From the NCBI RefSeq assembly GCF_009834535.1, contig NC_045727.1, positions 6,572,001 to 6,636,000 on the forward strand: 64,000 bases of DNA, given 5' to 3'. Below the pieces are notes generated by a model. The model worked only from the letters and a program-made list of their open reading frames with translations, was not told the origin of the DNA and made no database searches. This stretch comes from Camelus ferus (Eukaryota). The position numbers were made by a program, and so were the translations under genes. Below are positions 24,225-35,520 of this stretch, in pieces (position 1 is the first letter of the stretch; each line of letters starts with the position of its first letter).

Positions 24225-25080
24225 GTTCCAGCAATGAGATACCACCACACGCCTTTCACGATGGCCAAAATCTAAAACACTGACAACAGCAAATGCTGCA
24301 GAGGATGTGGAGCAACAGGAACCCTCACATGTTGCTGGTGGAAATGCAAAATGGGACAGAAATAAACATGCTTTTACCACGTGGTTCAGCAAACATGCTC
24401 CTTGGTATTTTCCAAAATGAATTAAACACTTAAGTCCACACAAAAACCTGCCTGCAGATGTTTATAGCGGCTTGATTCATAACTGCCAAACCTGGAATCA
24501 ACTAAGTTGTGCTTCAATGGATCAGTGGATTAAAAAAAACCATGGGACATGCACACAGTGGAATATTATTCAGTGCTAACAAGAAGTGAGTTAGCAGACC
24601 ACGAGAAGACACGAAAGAACCTTAAATGCATCTTACTAAGTGAAAGAAGCCAATTTAAAAGGACTATATATCTTCTGACTTCAACTATATGACATTCTGG
24701 GTAAGGCAAAACTAAGGAGATGGTAAAAAGGTTGCCAGGGGCTGGGGTGGGGGGGATGAAAAGCTGGAGCACAGAGGGTTCTGAGGGCAGTGGAAGTATT
24801 CTGTACGATACTGCAGTGGTGGATCCATGTCATCATACAATTGTCCAGACCCACAGAATGTACAACACAGAGTGGACCTGAATGTCAACCACGGGCTTTG
24901 GGTGATAATGACGTGACAATATAGGTTCCCTGATTATAGTAAGTGCCCCACTCTGGTGGAGGATGTTGACAGTGGGGGAGGCTGTGTGTCTGTGGGGACG
25001 GTGGTTCCAGGGAACTCTGTGCTTTCCACTTAGTTCTGCTATGAATCTAAAACTGCTCTAAAAAATAAAATATATTAAGC
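24225..25080 (+). mobile_element. L1MC1-like 3' end
   Basis: 'atgagataccaccacac...gaggatgtggagcaacaggaaccctcac' (ORF2 end) through 'ccatgtcatcatacaattgtccagacccacagaatgtacaacac...aaaactgctctaaaaaataaaat'. Confidence 0.85.
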
Positions 25081-26299
25081 CCCCCCCCAAAAAAAAAGAG
25101 AGAGAGAGAAAGACAGAAATAGCCCCTTCCTCTCTCTCCTTCCCATCTCAACACAGCAGGACAAAAGGAGCAGGAAAGTGCAAGGCCAGGGGAGTTAGAC
25201 CAGACCCACCCCGGAGTCCAGCCAGGGCTGGGAAACAGAGGGGGAACTTTGAATGAAATCTAAGGTGTAAGCTGAAAAACGGCCTGGTGACTTGGCTATT
25301 TTAATAGCCCACGGAGATTGAAAAGTTATGGAACCCAACTGACTTATCAGGCAGCAAGAAGGCACGGTGTGGGTGGGAGGTGTAACAGAAACTGGCTTCC
25401 GCGTAGTTACCCAGGAAAATAAGATAATTCCATGTTTATTCTTCAATGAGAAAACACTTCTCAATGTATCGGGCTCCAGAGGCAATTTCTGAGATCTTTC
25501 AAAAATCAGATAAATTCTCCCTTGTTTCTATGCTTAATGTTTACCCTCATGTATACATGCACTCACACGTGCACACACACACACAGTGCTGAGAAAAGCC
25601 TTCGTGGCTGGCAGTATCCCAACACCTGTTTTCATCTTGTTGGCAGAACACAGGGCATTTTAACAAGAAGATGCTCTGACTGTGCTGAGAAGCAGAATAT
25701 CAATCACAATCACAATTACAAAATCTCACACTTCTATCCCATCTCGTTTCAAGAAATTTAAGACACCTGGCGGACTTAAATTCATTAGCATGGGGACACA
25801 CACTCACCACTCCGGAGAGGAATAGCAATTGTGAGATGCTCCTGCCCAAGCCTGATACGATGTAATAAGGTCCTGGACACCTGTCAGACGTTACATGCAG
25901 CCCCATGTCCTGCACCTGTTCTGCGAAGGTTGAGACAACGACTCCCTTCAAGGGTTTCCACATCACCGGTGGCCAATGGGCTGCCATATTGGCTCTTTAG
26001 GTTTTAACCAAAGAGGTCATTGCTTCTCTACTTTGACTTGGGTCTCATCTTCATCTCACAGATTCTAGGGATATATAAAGACAGGCAAGGCCCCCAGAGA
26101 ACAGTTCTCTAACAATGAGGGTTATGGTCATGAACCACCTGTAATAGCGTTATCTTTTCTCTTCCCACAAAGCACAGCAGTCTTCTCAATTAAAAACTCG
26201 ACCAAGTGCAGGGAAAACGCCCTGAACTGTATCACTTTCCAGGATCAGAGAGACAGAGGTGGAAATCGGTTGGGAGGGGTAGGGGTGGGGGTCCCTCAC

Positions 26300-26680
26300 A
26301 TGCCATGTTCCTCCCACTACAGGGCCTTTGCAAGGGTTGCTCCCTCTGCCTGGGACACACTCACACTCATGTCTCCCCCTCACTTAATTCCAGCACCTCC
26401 TTTAGAGCTTGGCACAAGTCACTTCCCCAAGTCTGGAGCAAACATCTTTGTTAGATGCTCTCACAGAAGCAAGTCTCCTCCTGTACATTCTGTTCACTTT
26501 GTAACAATTTACCCATTTTGGGGATTATTTGATTATTTGACCTGCTTCCCCACTCGGACTCTATTTCCAATAGAGCAAGGACTGTTGTTAATTTTACTCA
26601 GCAACATAGCTCCAGAATTTAGCACACTGTCTGGTTCGTAGTCGATACTCAATAAATATTTTAATGAATAAATCAACCAG
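26300..26680 (+). mobile_element. L2 3' fragment
   Basis: 'cagggcctttgcaagggttgctccctctgcctggga...tagcacactgtctggttcgtagtcgatactcaataaatattttaatgaataaat'. Confidence 0.6.
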
Positions 26681-26754
26681 TCCTATTTTACTGAGAAATG
26701 CAAACACATTCAATAAATACTTGTTGAATAACCAATATCTTTAAAACTGGCTTA

Positions 26755-26880
26755 ATATTAATACCTACTTAATAATAAAATCTACCTCATAGAGTTATTA
26801 GGAGAATTACATTGTTAACACAAATAAAAGTCTTAAACAGCGCCAGGCACATAATAAGCACTCAATAAATATGAGTTCAT
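26755..26880 (+). mobile_element. MIR 3' half
   Basis: 'ctacctcatagagttattaggagaatt...aacagcgccaggcacataataagcactcaataaat'. Confidence 0.6.
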
Positions 26881-27993
26881 CATACTGTTAGCATCGCCTT
26901 ATCCCCGTAATAGGAAGAGACTTTGAATTACTACGCGAAGAGAGTTTTCTTCTTTACATTTGCTGCTAACCCAGCCCTTCTTTCAGCCTGGGCAGCATTT
27001 TTCATATGTGGAAACAGAGACTCAAAGAGACTGCGAACGAAAAATACTGCAAACCATACCAGTAAACAAAGAATGCTGAAGCCATCAAGTCATCAGTGGC
27101 TGCCGCCACCCCCCAGTGAAGACAAGCATGCAGCCCAGCCTCCAGAGCCACTCACAGTGGTGCCCTCTGAGGGGACTCAGAATAAGAAAGGACAGGACAC
27201 TGGCCCTAGATAGCTAGGTGCTTGTCAAAGGAATGAATTCAGTGAGCCCGAATGTTTGCTTCCTCCTATACATAGAAAAGCACCAAATTCTTTAATTTCT
27301 TGAGATGCCTGGTTTTCTTTAATTAACAAGTAATCTTTTAATGTTCCAACTGCCTGGTCTTTGTTGTAAAACTCCTATCTATCCTAGCCCCTCCCCTTCC
27401 TCTTGGGAGCAGTCCCTCAGAGCGATCTGAGAGGCTGTCACCCTGGGCTCGAAGGGGTTCGGGTCCTCAGAAATGTCCGCCAAATAAAACATAACTCTCA
27501 ACTTTCAGGCTGTGCATTTCTTTCAGTGGACAAGACCTTAAGCTGGGCAGCTGGGAAACGGCAGGACTTGGATTCCAATCCACTTCCCTCAGACGCCAAA
27601 ACACTAGTGTTTAACTCACTTTTTTTTCAAAACATCTAGCAACTGTAGGATGAATAAACAAATAGAACTTGGACTTTATTCATCTGAAAGATCAACTTAT
27701 TTTTTATTTGTCCTCTGAAGAGAAAGTACCACTTGACTGAAGAATCACCACCATTAGGAAAGGAACCTAAAAACGGTAACAATCCCATGTCTGGCTAAGA
27801 AATAAATTCTCCTGTTTTATTATAACAAAGGCAGCGGTGTGCTGAGGCATTATTGGAAACAATTATCTCCATAATACTTGGTGTGGGCTGTAGCTCACCA
27901 GAAGCTGCTGCCTCAGCTGGTATTACTTAAAGATGGTGATTTTTTTTTTTTTCATTTGTTTTAGTCCCATAAAGTGTATTTTAAAAGTGAGTA

Positions 27994-28147
27994 GGGGGCA
28001 GGGTATAGCTCAGTGGTAGAGTGTGTGCCTAGCATGCACAAGGTCCTGGGTTCAATGCCCAATACCTACATTAAAATATAAATAAATTAAAACCTAATTA
28101 ACTCCTTCCCTGCCAAATTTTTTTCTTAATTGGAAAAAATAAAATAA
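27994..28147 (+). mobile_element. camelid tRNA-derived SINE (Vic-1-like)
   Basis: Pol III A box TAGCTCAGTGG (28006-28016), B box GGTTCAATGCC (28049-28059), body 'agcatgcacaaggtcctgggttcaat...aaacctaatta', A-rich tail; TSD taaaagtga(g/a)taggg at 27982-27996 and 28148-28162. Confidence 0.9.
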
Positions 28148-28477
28148 TAAAAGTGAATAGGGAGCCCTATTTGAGAAATCAACTACATATTTCCATTTTA
28201 ATGTAAACATTGAGTGTCCAACCCTCCACCTCACTATCTTATTAGCATTTGAATGCAAAGCACCATTGCAGACAAGTATTTCAAAACCTTTTTAAAAACT
28301 TTTTTTTCAGGCAAAGAAAGCAAACAGAGCAAAGTAGAGCGCCTAGCAGATAGCTGACCAAATGGAATAATCCCGTCAAGGAGTCAGGGGCAAACTGCAG
28401 AAGAAATGAGAAAATAAAAGGTAGCTTCAAATCCATCTGCCTCCAGGGAGCTGCTCAGGCATTTATTTGGATTTTTA

Positions 28478-28533
28478 GTTTTGCAGAACTTTCAAGTTCT
28501 GTTTTGCAAAACTTTCAAGTTCTGTTTTGCAAA
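28478..28533. repeat. 23-bp tandem repeat, about 2.4 copies
   Basis: gttttgcagaactttcaagttct / gttttgcaaaactttcaagttct / gttttgcaaa. Confidence 0.9.
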
Positions 28534-29454
28534 TACTATACCTCCAAAAAGTAATAATAAACAGATAAACTGGATTCTATGATGGTCAATTTCAGCCCTA
28601 AATGACCAAATTTTCCTTTTCTCTATGCTGAGGAATCAGCACAGAGAGGCTCTGAGAAAGACCCCTCGGCTAAAACGCACAGGGTCAGAGAGGAAAGCGC
28701 TGTTTGAAGCCCAATGCTTCCCCCACCAGTGACCTGGTGCCCTGTCTCCAAAGCCACAGAAAGCAGCCAGCGCTCTTCCGGATGAGCATTCAGTCTACCT
28801 GCGCGGCACACTCAGCACGCCAGGGGTGATTGAGGCAATTTAGGCTGAGTGCGAAGCGCTCCATTTCAGGCTGAAATCACGCCAAAGACTCCTTACAGAA
28901 GCTCCACTCAGCACCTCCAATTTCACGTTCCATTCCATGCACTGTCTGCCGTGATTACCCAGGATTCCAGCAGCACTTGGCCGCATTAAATGAGAGTCAG
29001 GAAGGAAAACAATAGCAAGGGACGGCTTGAGGATGCAAAGCTGGATAATGCAGGGAAGTTGTGGGGAGGCAGCCAGCGATGCCAGCTGAGCTCTGAAAAT
29101 AGACGCAGCTCAATGAGCAGGAGGGAGGTTGGGGTTTTCTCCAAAAAAGGGGCAGATTCAACCAGGTAAGAACTGGATCATCACCCTCCACAGGTGAGGT
29201 GTGCCTGGGTTCAGCACCTTTGGAGGGCTGCCTGGCAGTACTGACTCCAACTAGAAGATGCATGTGCTCTAGGATGCAGGCATTTCTCTTCCTGGTATCC
29301 CTCCTACAGAGAAATGCAGATGGCTGCAACGTGCACAAGGAGGGCTGCACCAGAATTTCCAACACTGAGTTGTAATAGCCCGAAGGCAGAAGATGACCTA
29401 ATTCCATCTACAGGGGACAGTCACCGTCCAGTACTAGCCCGGAGCGAAGGGATT

Positions 29455-29685
29455 ACGCCCTAAGCAGAATCAATAATAATGTCCACACATACCTGTCCAG
29501 GGGTTGAGACATTCCAGAAACTCTCCCAAGTGCCTCACGCACACTGAACCATTTAATTCTTCTCACAGTAGGTTCTGAGTACGTCCTGTAGCTATGCTCA
29601 CAGACCACCTCAGGCACCAAGATGGTAAGTGACCTGCCCAGAACCACACAATACACAGGGCATTGAAACTCAGGCCAGCTGGGTC
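29455..29685 (-). mobile_element. MIR SINE (cut by the ERV LTR)
   Basis: 'cactgaaccatttaattcttctcacagtaggt...ctcaggcaccaagatggtaagtgacctgcccagaaccacaca'. Confidence 0.65.
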
Positions 29686-30251
29686 TGTTACGGAACGCAA
29701 ATCTTTGTGTGACCCATGCACAGTGAGGCCAAACAAACCAAAACATCAGAGTTTTGGAGCAAAGAAAGGTGTATTGCAGGGCCAAACAAGGAGAAGGGGT
29801 AGCTTGTGCTCCAAAACCCTGAACTCCTCGATGGTTTTCATGGGGAAATCTTTACAGGCAAAATCTGGGGTGAGGGCTGCAGGCTGTGTGACTTTCTTCT
29901 GATTGGTTGGCGGTGAGGGAACAGGGCGGGGCTCCAGGAATCCTGTGCTCAGCCTGAAGTTACCATCCTCCACCTGGGAGGGGGTCTTAGTTCCTGCAGA
30001 AAAACTCAAAGATAATGTTATACCTATTCCTTGAGGAGGAACCAGGACCCTGCCGCACTACTGCCCGCTGCCCTGTTGTCCTTGACTGCTCCTCCTTTGT
30101 TTCCGCGTTCCCTTACTTCCCTGATAAGTAACTGTTTGAATCTGCCCTTTGGAATTCAGGGAAGGTCAAGGTGGGTGAATGAAGCCTATCCCTGCAAATA
30201 AGAAACAGGGGACACAGTAGGGATATGGACCCAGAGTCTTGCTCTGTTTCA
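29686..30251 (-). mobile_element. ERV1-type solo LTR, 566 bp
   Basis: TG...CA termini (tgttacgg...tgtttca), reversed CCAAT (ctgattgg), GC box (gggcgggg) and decayed polyA signal (aggtgtattg); no internal region; no clean TSD. Confidence 0.7.
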
Positions 30252-30624
30252 GATGCAAAAGTCACACTGCCTCTCAAGGGATTTTAAAGCATATTTTTGC
30301 CCTTTAAAAAAAAAAACAAACAAGTTGCAGAATGATACCTACAATATGCACCTGCCAGCCAAGTCTCAGGTGCCGGAGAGCCTCATGGCCTGTGGCCTCC
30401 CATTCCTTGTACAGTATTGAATGAAATTCGCCACCAAATGCCTCTCATGTACTCCTTTCTCTGTTTCCCAGGTTCCTCATTCCCCTCTGATAGCACATTA
30501 TTATTACGTTTAGGTATGTTCATTCATTCAGTCAGGTTTCAATCAACTTTGTAGCCCTGGGGACCCTTTTGCGTTTTTAAGATGTGGCTTGCCCCAAATC
30601 GGAAGTGGGAGGAGGAAGTACATG

Positions 30625-30825
30625 GAATGGTTGAGAGCATGGATTTTGGAGTCTGACAGATCTAAGTTTGCATCTGGGCTCTGCCTCTGTGTCCTTGAGC
30701 AAATGACTTCACCTGTGTAAGCCTCATTTTCCTCATCTGTAAAATGGGGACATTAATAGCTCCTACCTCATGGGTTGTGAGGATAATGCATGGGTAGTGT
30801 TTAGCATAATTCCTGATACATCATA
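30625..30825 (+). mobile_element. MIR SINE, near full length
   Basis: 'ggttgagagcatggattttggagtctgacaga...gcctcattttcctcatctgtaaaatgggg...cctacctcatgggttgtgagga'. Confidence 0.85.
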
Positions 30826-32624
30826 AGCCTCTCTCTGGTCCATACTTGGAGGGGGAAAAATTACATTTTCTTATTTCTTCCTTCTTTGGGATGTGCCTGA
30901 CTCTATCCAAAGGAGGAAAAGTTGCAAATTCAGTCCAGCATATAACATTTGCTGACCACCATCTGGTCCACAACTCCTCTTCCCTGTTGGCACTTTGATT
31001 TCCATTTTGGAAACTCTCCCATTGACAGTGGTTCCGGGATGAGTGCCCCCTCCCACTACAAAACCCATAAGGGGCAAGGAGCATGACACAGGTTTCTCTA
31101 GTCACAAGCTTCCCTCCAGGAACTTGGAATCCGAAGCTAGTGACCAAAGGATGTAGAGATGACTGAAGCTGTGAACCAGATGATTTCTGCTGCCAGACAT
31201 TTGCTATAATTCCTGATGCTTATTCCATCACAAGCCTGGTCCTTCAGCCCACCATTCATTCCATACACCCCATGGCCTTCTAATGCATCCTCTTCTAGTT
31301 GAAGGAAGCTGGAGTTAGGTTTGTGTTCCTTGCCGCCAAGAATGATGACGGATACATTTACTATCGACAAGATGCTGTGGATATGGGAACTAGTAAGATG
31401 CCATCAGTGCCTGCACTCAAGTTGCCCACAGCCTCGCAGGGAAGTTCAGAGCACTCTCATTAGGTGCATGGCTGTGGAGTACATCCATCCTCCCCATCTC
31501 CCCCAAATAACGTAACATCTGATTAGAGCTGAGAGGAGAGAGAAGGGCAGGAGAGCGATGAGTGGACCAACGATATTTGACTTCTCTGCACACTACAGCC
31601 CCATTTTGGAGACCAGAGACCACACCCAAGCTTAATCTTATGGGCCTATTTAGAAGTCTGGCTAATTAACGGTTGTAAAAGCAGTTTGGACTTTGCAAGC
31701 CTTTTATAATGTGCCTCACTTAGACATAATGGGCTCAAGATTGCCTCTGGCATCCTCAAGGAAATTAAAAATCCAGTAGGCAGTGGAATTGCCTCTACAT
31801 GGTTTTCCTATTAGTTTTATTTTTATTATGATTGAAAATAGCAGCATTACTAATGGTACTTTTTTCTTCCTGGGAAGCCTTTCCAGGGAAGGCCCACCTG
31901 TCTCCCCATGTCCACAGTATGGTTTACTGGTCCTCTGGCCAGCAGTGTGCTGGCTCCTCCCTCATGGTGTCATTTAACAAGCACCAGATGGAGGGGCGCT
32001 GGGGGGCTCCTGAACACGCGGGATCACTACAAAGGGCAACACTGCCCATCACCCTCCAGCCTGACAATACAAGTCCTAACTGGTATTCGTCTAATCCATG
32101 GCTCTAGACAAGCAGGCGTCTGGTGTGTGAGGGCCGGGCAAGATATGGTATTTGGAAGCCTAGAGTGGCACGTGGTGCAGAAAGATGGCAGCATATAAAC
32201 GTGACCAAGAACAATACAAATAACTCTAACCATTCATTATTTGAAAAGAATCAAAGGACCACTACCAAGTTTAAGAGAAAAATAATTGTAATAATATCAA
32301 GAAGTTCCTGGCATCTCCAATGAGGGTCAAAGAATCGCGATCAGGGATTACATGGCCAGGAATGAAACCCAAACTACAGCATTCGGCATGGACAACTGCT
32401 GTGGCTACTCGGTACAGACACCTCGGTTAACAGTGACTCTGGGCTTGAAACACCACCACCTGCCAGCTCTGCCCCTAAAAAGCGGGCCGTGTCTGCCACG
32501 ATGCTCACTCAAAGACAGGATCCACCCGTACCTGCTTACCAGCACTGCTCACCTCCAGATTTCAATTTTCAGTTTTGTACACGCGAGTTAAAAAGGCAGG
32601 ACTAGGTAAGAGGCATGCCAAGGG

Positions 32625-32825
32625 CGGTGGGAATGGTCTGCCCCTGGTGCAAACAGTAAGAGAATGCATGGTTAAAAGAGAACTTAAAATCGACATAATA
32701 AAACTGACTACAATCACCCTGCTTTATATTATTACCATGAGCCGGTAACTCTAAATAATGTCAAAGGTATAATACACCTCCGGGTGGAGCAGACCAGGCC
32801 CACCCTCCTCCTGGCAGGCCACTGG
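32625..32825. mobile_element. possible hAT-Tip100 class DNA transposon fragment
   Basis: 'ataataaaactgactacaatcaccctgcttt..attaccatgagccggtaactctaaataatgtca' resembles recalled hAT-Tip100 MERs; subfamily uncertain. Confidence 0.35.
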
Positions 32826-32959
32826 GTTAGTTTACATTTTTGTGCCCCAGCTACAAATGACAGACGCATCTGTCAATGAGGGTAACAACAGAACCTACCT
32901 CATAGGGTTGTTGGGGGTGGTGGGGGGGGGGAGAAAGAGTCAATGTTGTAAAAAAAAAA

Positions 32960-33505
32960 AAAAAAAACGTCATTTCTCCTCCAATTGATCTAGAGACAGT
33001 AATCCTAATAAAAATTCCAGCAAGTTTTTCGTTGTAGTGGAAATTTACAAGGTAACTTTAAAATATATGGGGAAAATCAAAGAGCCAAAATTATCACAAA
33101 GGAGAACAAAGATGATTTTTCACTACTAGATACTGGGTGTCATTATAAAGCCAGAGTCATTAAGGGAGCGTGCTTTGATACGAGAAAGATAAATAGACCA
33201 GTGAAACAGCACAGAGAGCTCAGAAACAAATTCACACATGTAGAGACACCTGATTTATAACAAAGGTGTCACGGGGGAGCAATAGGGAAAAAACGGCTTT
33301 TTCAACAAACGGTGCTAGGGCAGCTGGCCATCCATACGGAGAAATCTGAAACTTGATCTCCAACTCATTCTACACACAAAAATCAATTCCAGGTGAATTG
33401 TAAATCTGAATGTTAAAGGAAAAAAAATGATAAAGATTCTAAAAGACAACAGAGGAAAATACCTTGAGTTTGAGGCACAGATGTCTTAAACAAGACACAA
33501 AGGAC
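32960..33505 (+). mobile_element. old L1M ORF2 fragment
   Basis: 'aaatagaccagtgaaacagcacagagagctcagaaacaaattcacac...ttttcaacaaacggtgctagggcagctggccatccatacgg'. Confidence 0.7.
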
Positions 33506-34693
33506 CTGGGATGGAGGAAGGCCCATTGCCCAGGTGGCTCAGAGTAAGGGGGAATCCACAAACCACACTCCTCATCTCAGTCCCATCGCTTAAAGTTTCA
33601 CTGCCTCAGAGCCTTTTTAAATCTCATGATGTTCAGGCTGAAGCATTCAGAAGGAGGAGGGAATTTCCCGTCATGCTCTTCATGGGAAGCATCGAGGTCT
33701 AGGCAACTTTTACAACGGCAGCGACTCTGATATCGCATATAGTGACTGTTTACTATGTGGCAGCCACCATGCAAAGCACTTTGCAGTCATTTCCTTATTT
33801 ATCTGTATTTCTGGCTGTGGTTGGTGCCTGCGAGTTGGTGACCATGGAAACCATAACACAAGAAAATCTATCTTCCAAATCTCTCTCCACTACCTCATCC
33901 TTTAATATTTGAAATTTTTAATTTACAAAATTAAGACACGAAGAATCAATCATGAAACTGAGGTTTAAATGAGTGCTTCGTGCTTGTTTTGTTCAACTTA
34001 AAGTAAACCTTAACATTCAGCTGATGGCTTCAACTTTTAAAAATCCATCCCTGTGCACTCCCTTAGAGGATCTCTGTGCGGTAGCTATAGCTGATACTGC
34101 AAGTCCCATTTTCCAAATGGGTAAACTGAGGCACACAAAAAGCACCTCTGAGGGTCTGGAGCCAACGCTACACATCGTAAGTGAACGGAAGAGCTGGCTT
34201 GTGAGTTCTGTAGAGGCATGCTCAAGTGAAGACTGGAATTATTATCTGGGACTGTCTCTTTAACAGTCAGTAACTGCAGAGGGTGAGGAAGGAATGTACT
34301 TAGCCTTCACCTCTTTTAATTCAGAACAACCTCACCTCTTTCCTAAACTGGTCCCCCTCCCTCCGATTCCACCATCTCATAGCAACACGTTCAGATTTAT
34401 CTTCCTACAACAGAGTTCTAATATGCCATGTCCTTGTCCAAATACCATCAACTGTTCCTCTTTTTTAAAAAAAATATAGGATTTGTAATCAAACAGCATC
34501 AGAAATCATCTTGGGTCCACTAAATGTTTCCAGTTTACTTCTCTGAATCTCAGTTTTCTTGTCTGTAAAATGGGGATAAGACTAGGGTTGATGGGAGGGT
34601 TAAAAGGGATAGTTTAAGTAGAATGACTTAGTGTATCGATGTGGTGGTTTTAAAAGACAGAATGAAACAATTCAGTTACTAGTAAAACCAACT

Positions 34694-34713
34694 TTCCTTC
34701 CTTCCTTCCTTCC
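34694..34713. repeat. (TTCC)5 simple repeat
   Basis: Read directly. Confidence 0.9.
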
Positions 34714-34955
34714 TTCTTTTCTTCCTTTTTCTATTTAGATTTTGCTGTGCATCAGGTTCTGTGCTCACAGGTTTCATGCAGGCCATTATCAAATCTGCAC
34801 AACTACCCCCAACGTAGGAATTACTTTTTTCTGCATTTTTATATACACAAGGATGAAACACAGAAGTGTCAGTGTTTACCCAGGTTTACCCAGCTGGTAA
34901 ATAGTACAATTTAGTTTTAAACTCAGATCTCACTGAGTTCACAACTCATACTCTT

Positions 34956-35105
34956 ATAATTACATATAATGGAAAAGAATCTAAGAAGAAAAAAATATAT
35001 ATATGTATATGTATAACTGAATCACTTTGCTGTATACCTGAAACTAACATTGTAATTCAACTACACTTCAACAAAAAAAAAAACAAAAAACAAAAAAAAA
35101 AAACC
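34956..35105 (+). mobile_element. 5'-truncated cetartiodactyl L1 3' end with TSD
   Basis: 'ataatggaaaagaatct...gtataactgaatcactttgctgtatacctgaaactaac' plus A-rich tail; TSD ctcatactctt at 34945-34955 and 35106-35116. Confidence 0.8.
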
Positions 35106-35234
35106 CTCATACTCTTCACTGCAATATTTGGACCACCTACATCAAAATCACCTAGGGGAAAGCTTGCAAAAATGCAGAGCTCTATGCCCCAGTCCAGAAT
35201 GCTAGACTACAGAATCCATTCTCTCCTTTCTCCC

Positions 35235-35520
35235 TAGCGGCAGAGAATATGGCTGCATGACTAGAAGACTTTCCCTATGCTTTTTTCAATGAGATGCAGT
35301 CATGTGACAAAGTCTCACCAATGGAATGTGAACAGAAGTAATGGGTACCATCTCCAAGTCAAGGTAAGAAACAGGTGCATCTTCCACTGACTGGAACCTG
35401 GAGGAGGTAGGAGCTCAGCCTTTGACTGAACAGATGATGACAAGCTTATAGAAGCCAGAGAAGCCTCATGATGGAAGGGTCTCTGGATCCTTCTGGCTTG
35501 CATGGTTTGGTTATCAATGG
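35235..35520 (+). mobile_element. old MaLR LTR (MLT1I/J-like)
   Basis: 'gcagtcatgtgacaaagtctcaccaatggaatgtgaacagaagtaatgggtaccatctccaagtcaagg'. Confidence 0.5.

Noticed and set aside
27994-28070. tRNA-like sequence
   Set aside because: Has A and B boxes but continues into a SINE body, A-rich tail and TSD; it is a SINE head, not a tRNA gene.
19722-28533. Tandem repeats as a CRISPR-like or other repeat-spacer array
   Set aside because: All repeats have 2-2.5 contiguous copies with no unique spacers; the DNA is mammalian and no cas-like ORFs are present.
29209-29232. REST/NRSE-like TTCAGCACC-ttt-GGAGGG
   Set aside because: Perfect left half, but the spacer is 3 nt instead of 2 and the right half is poor.
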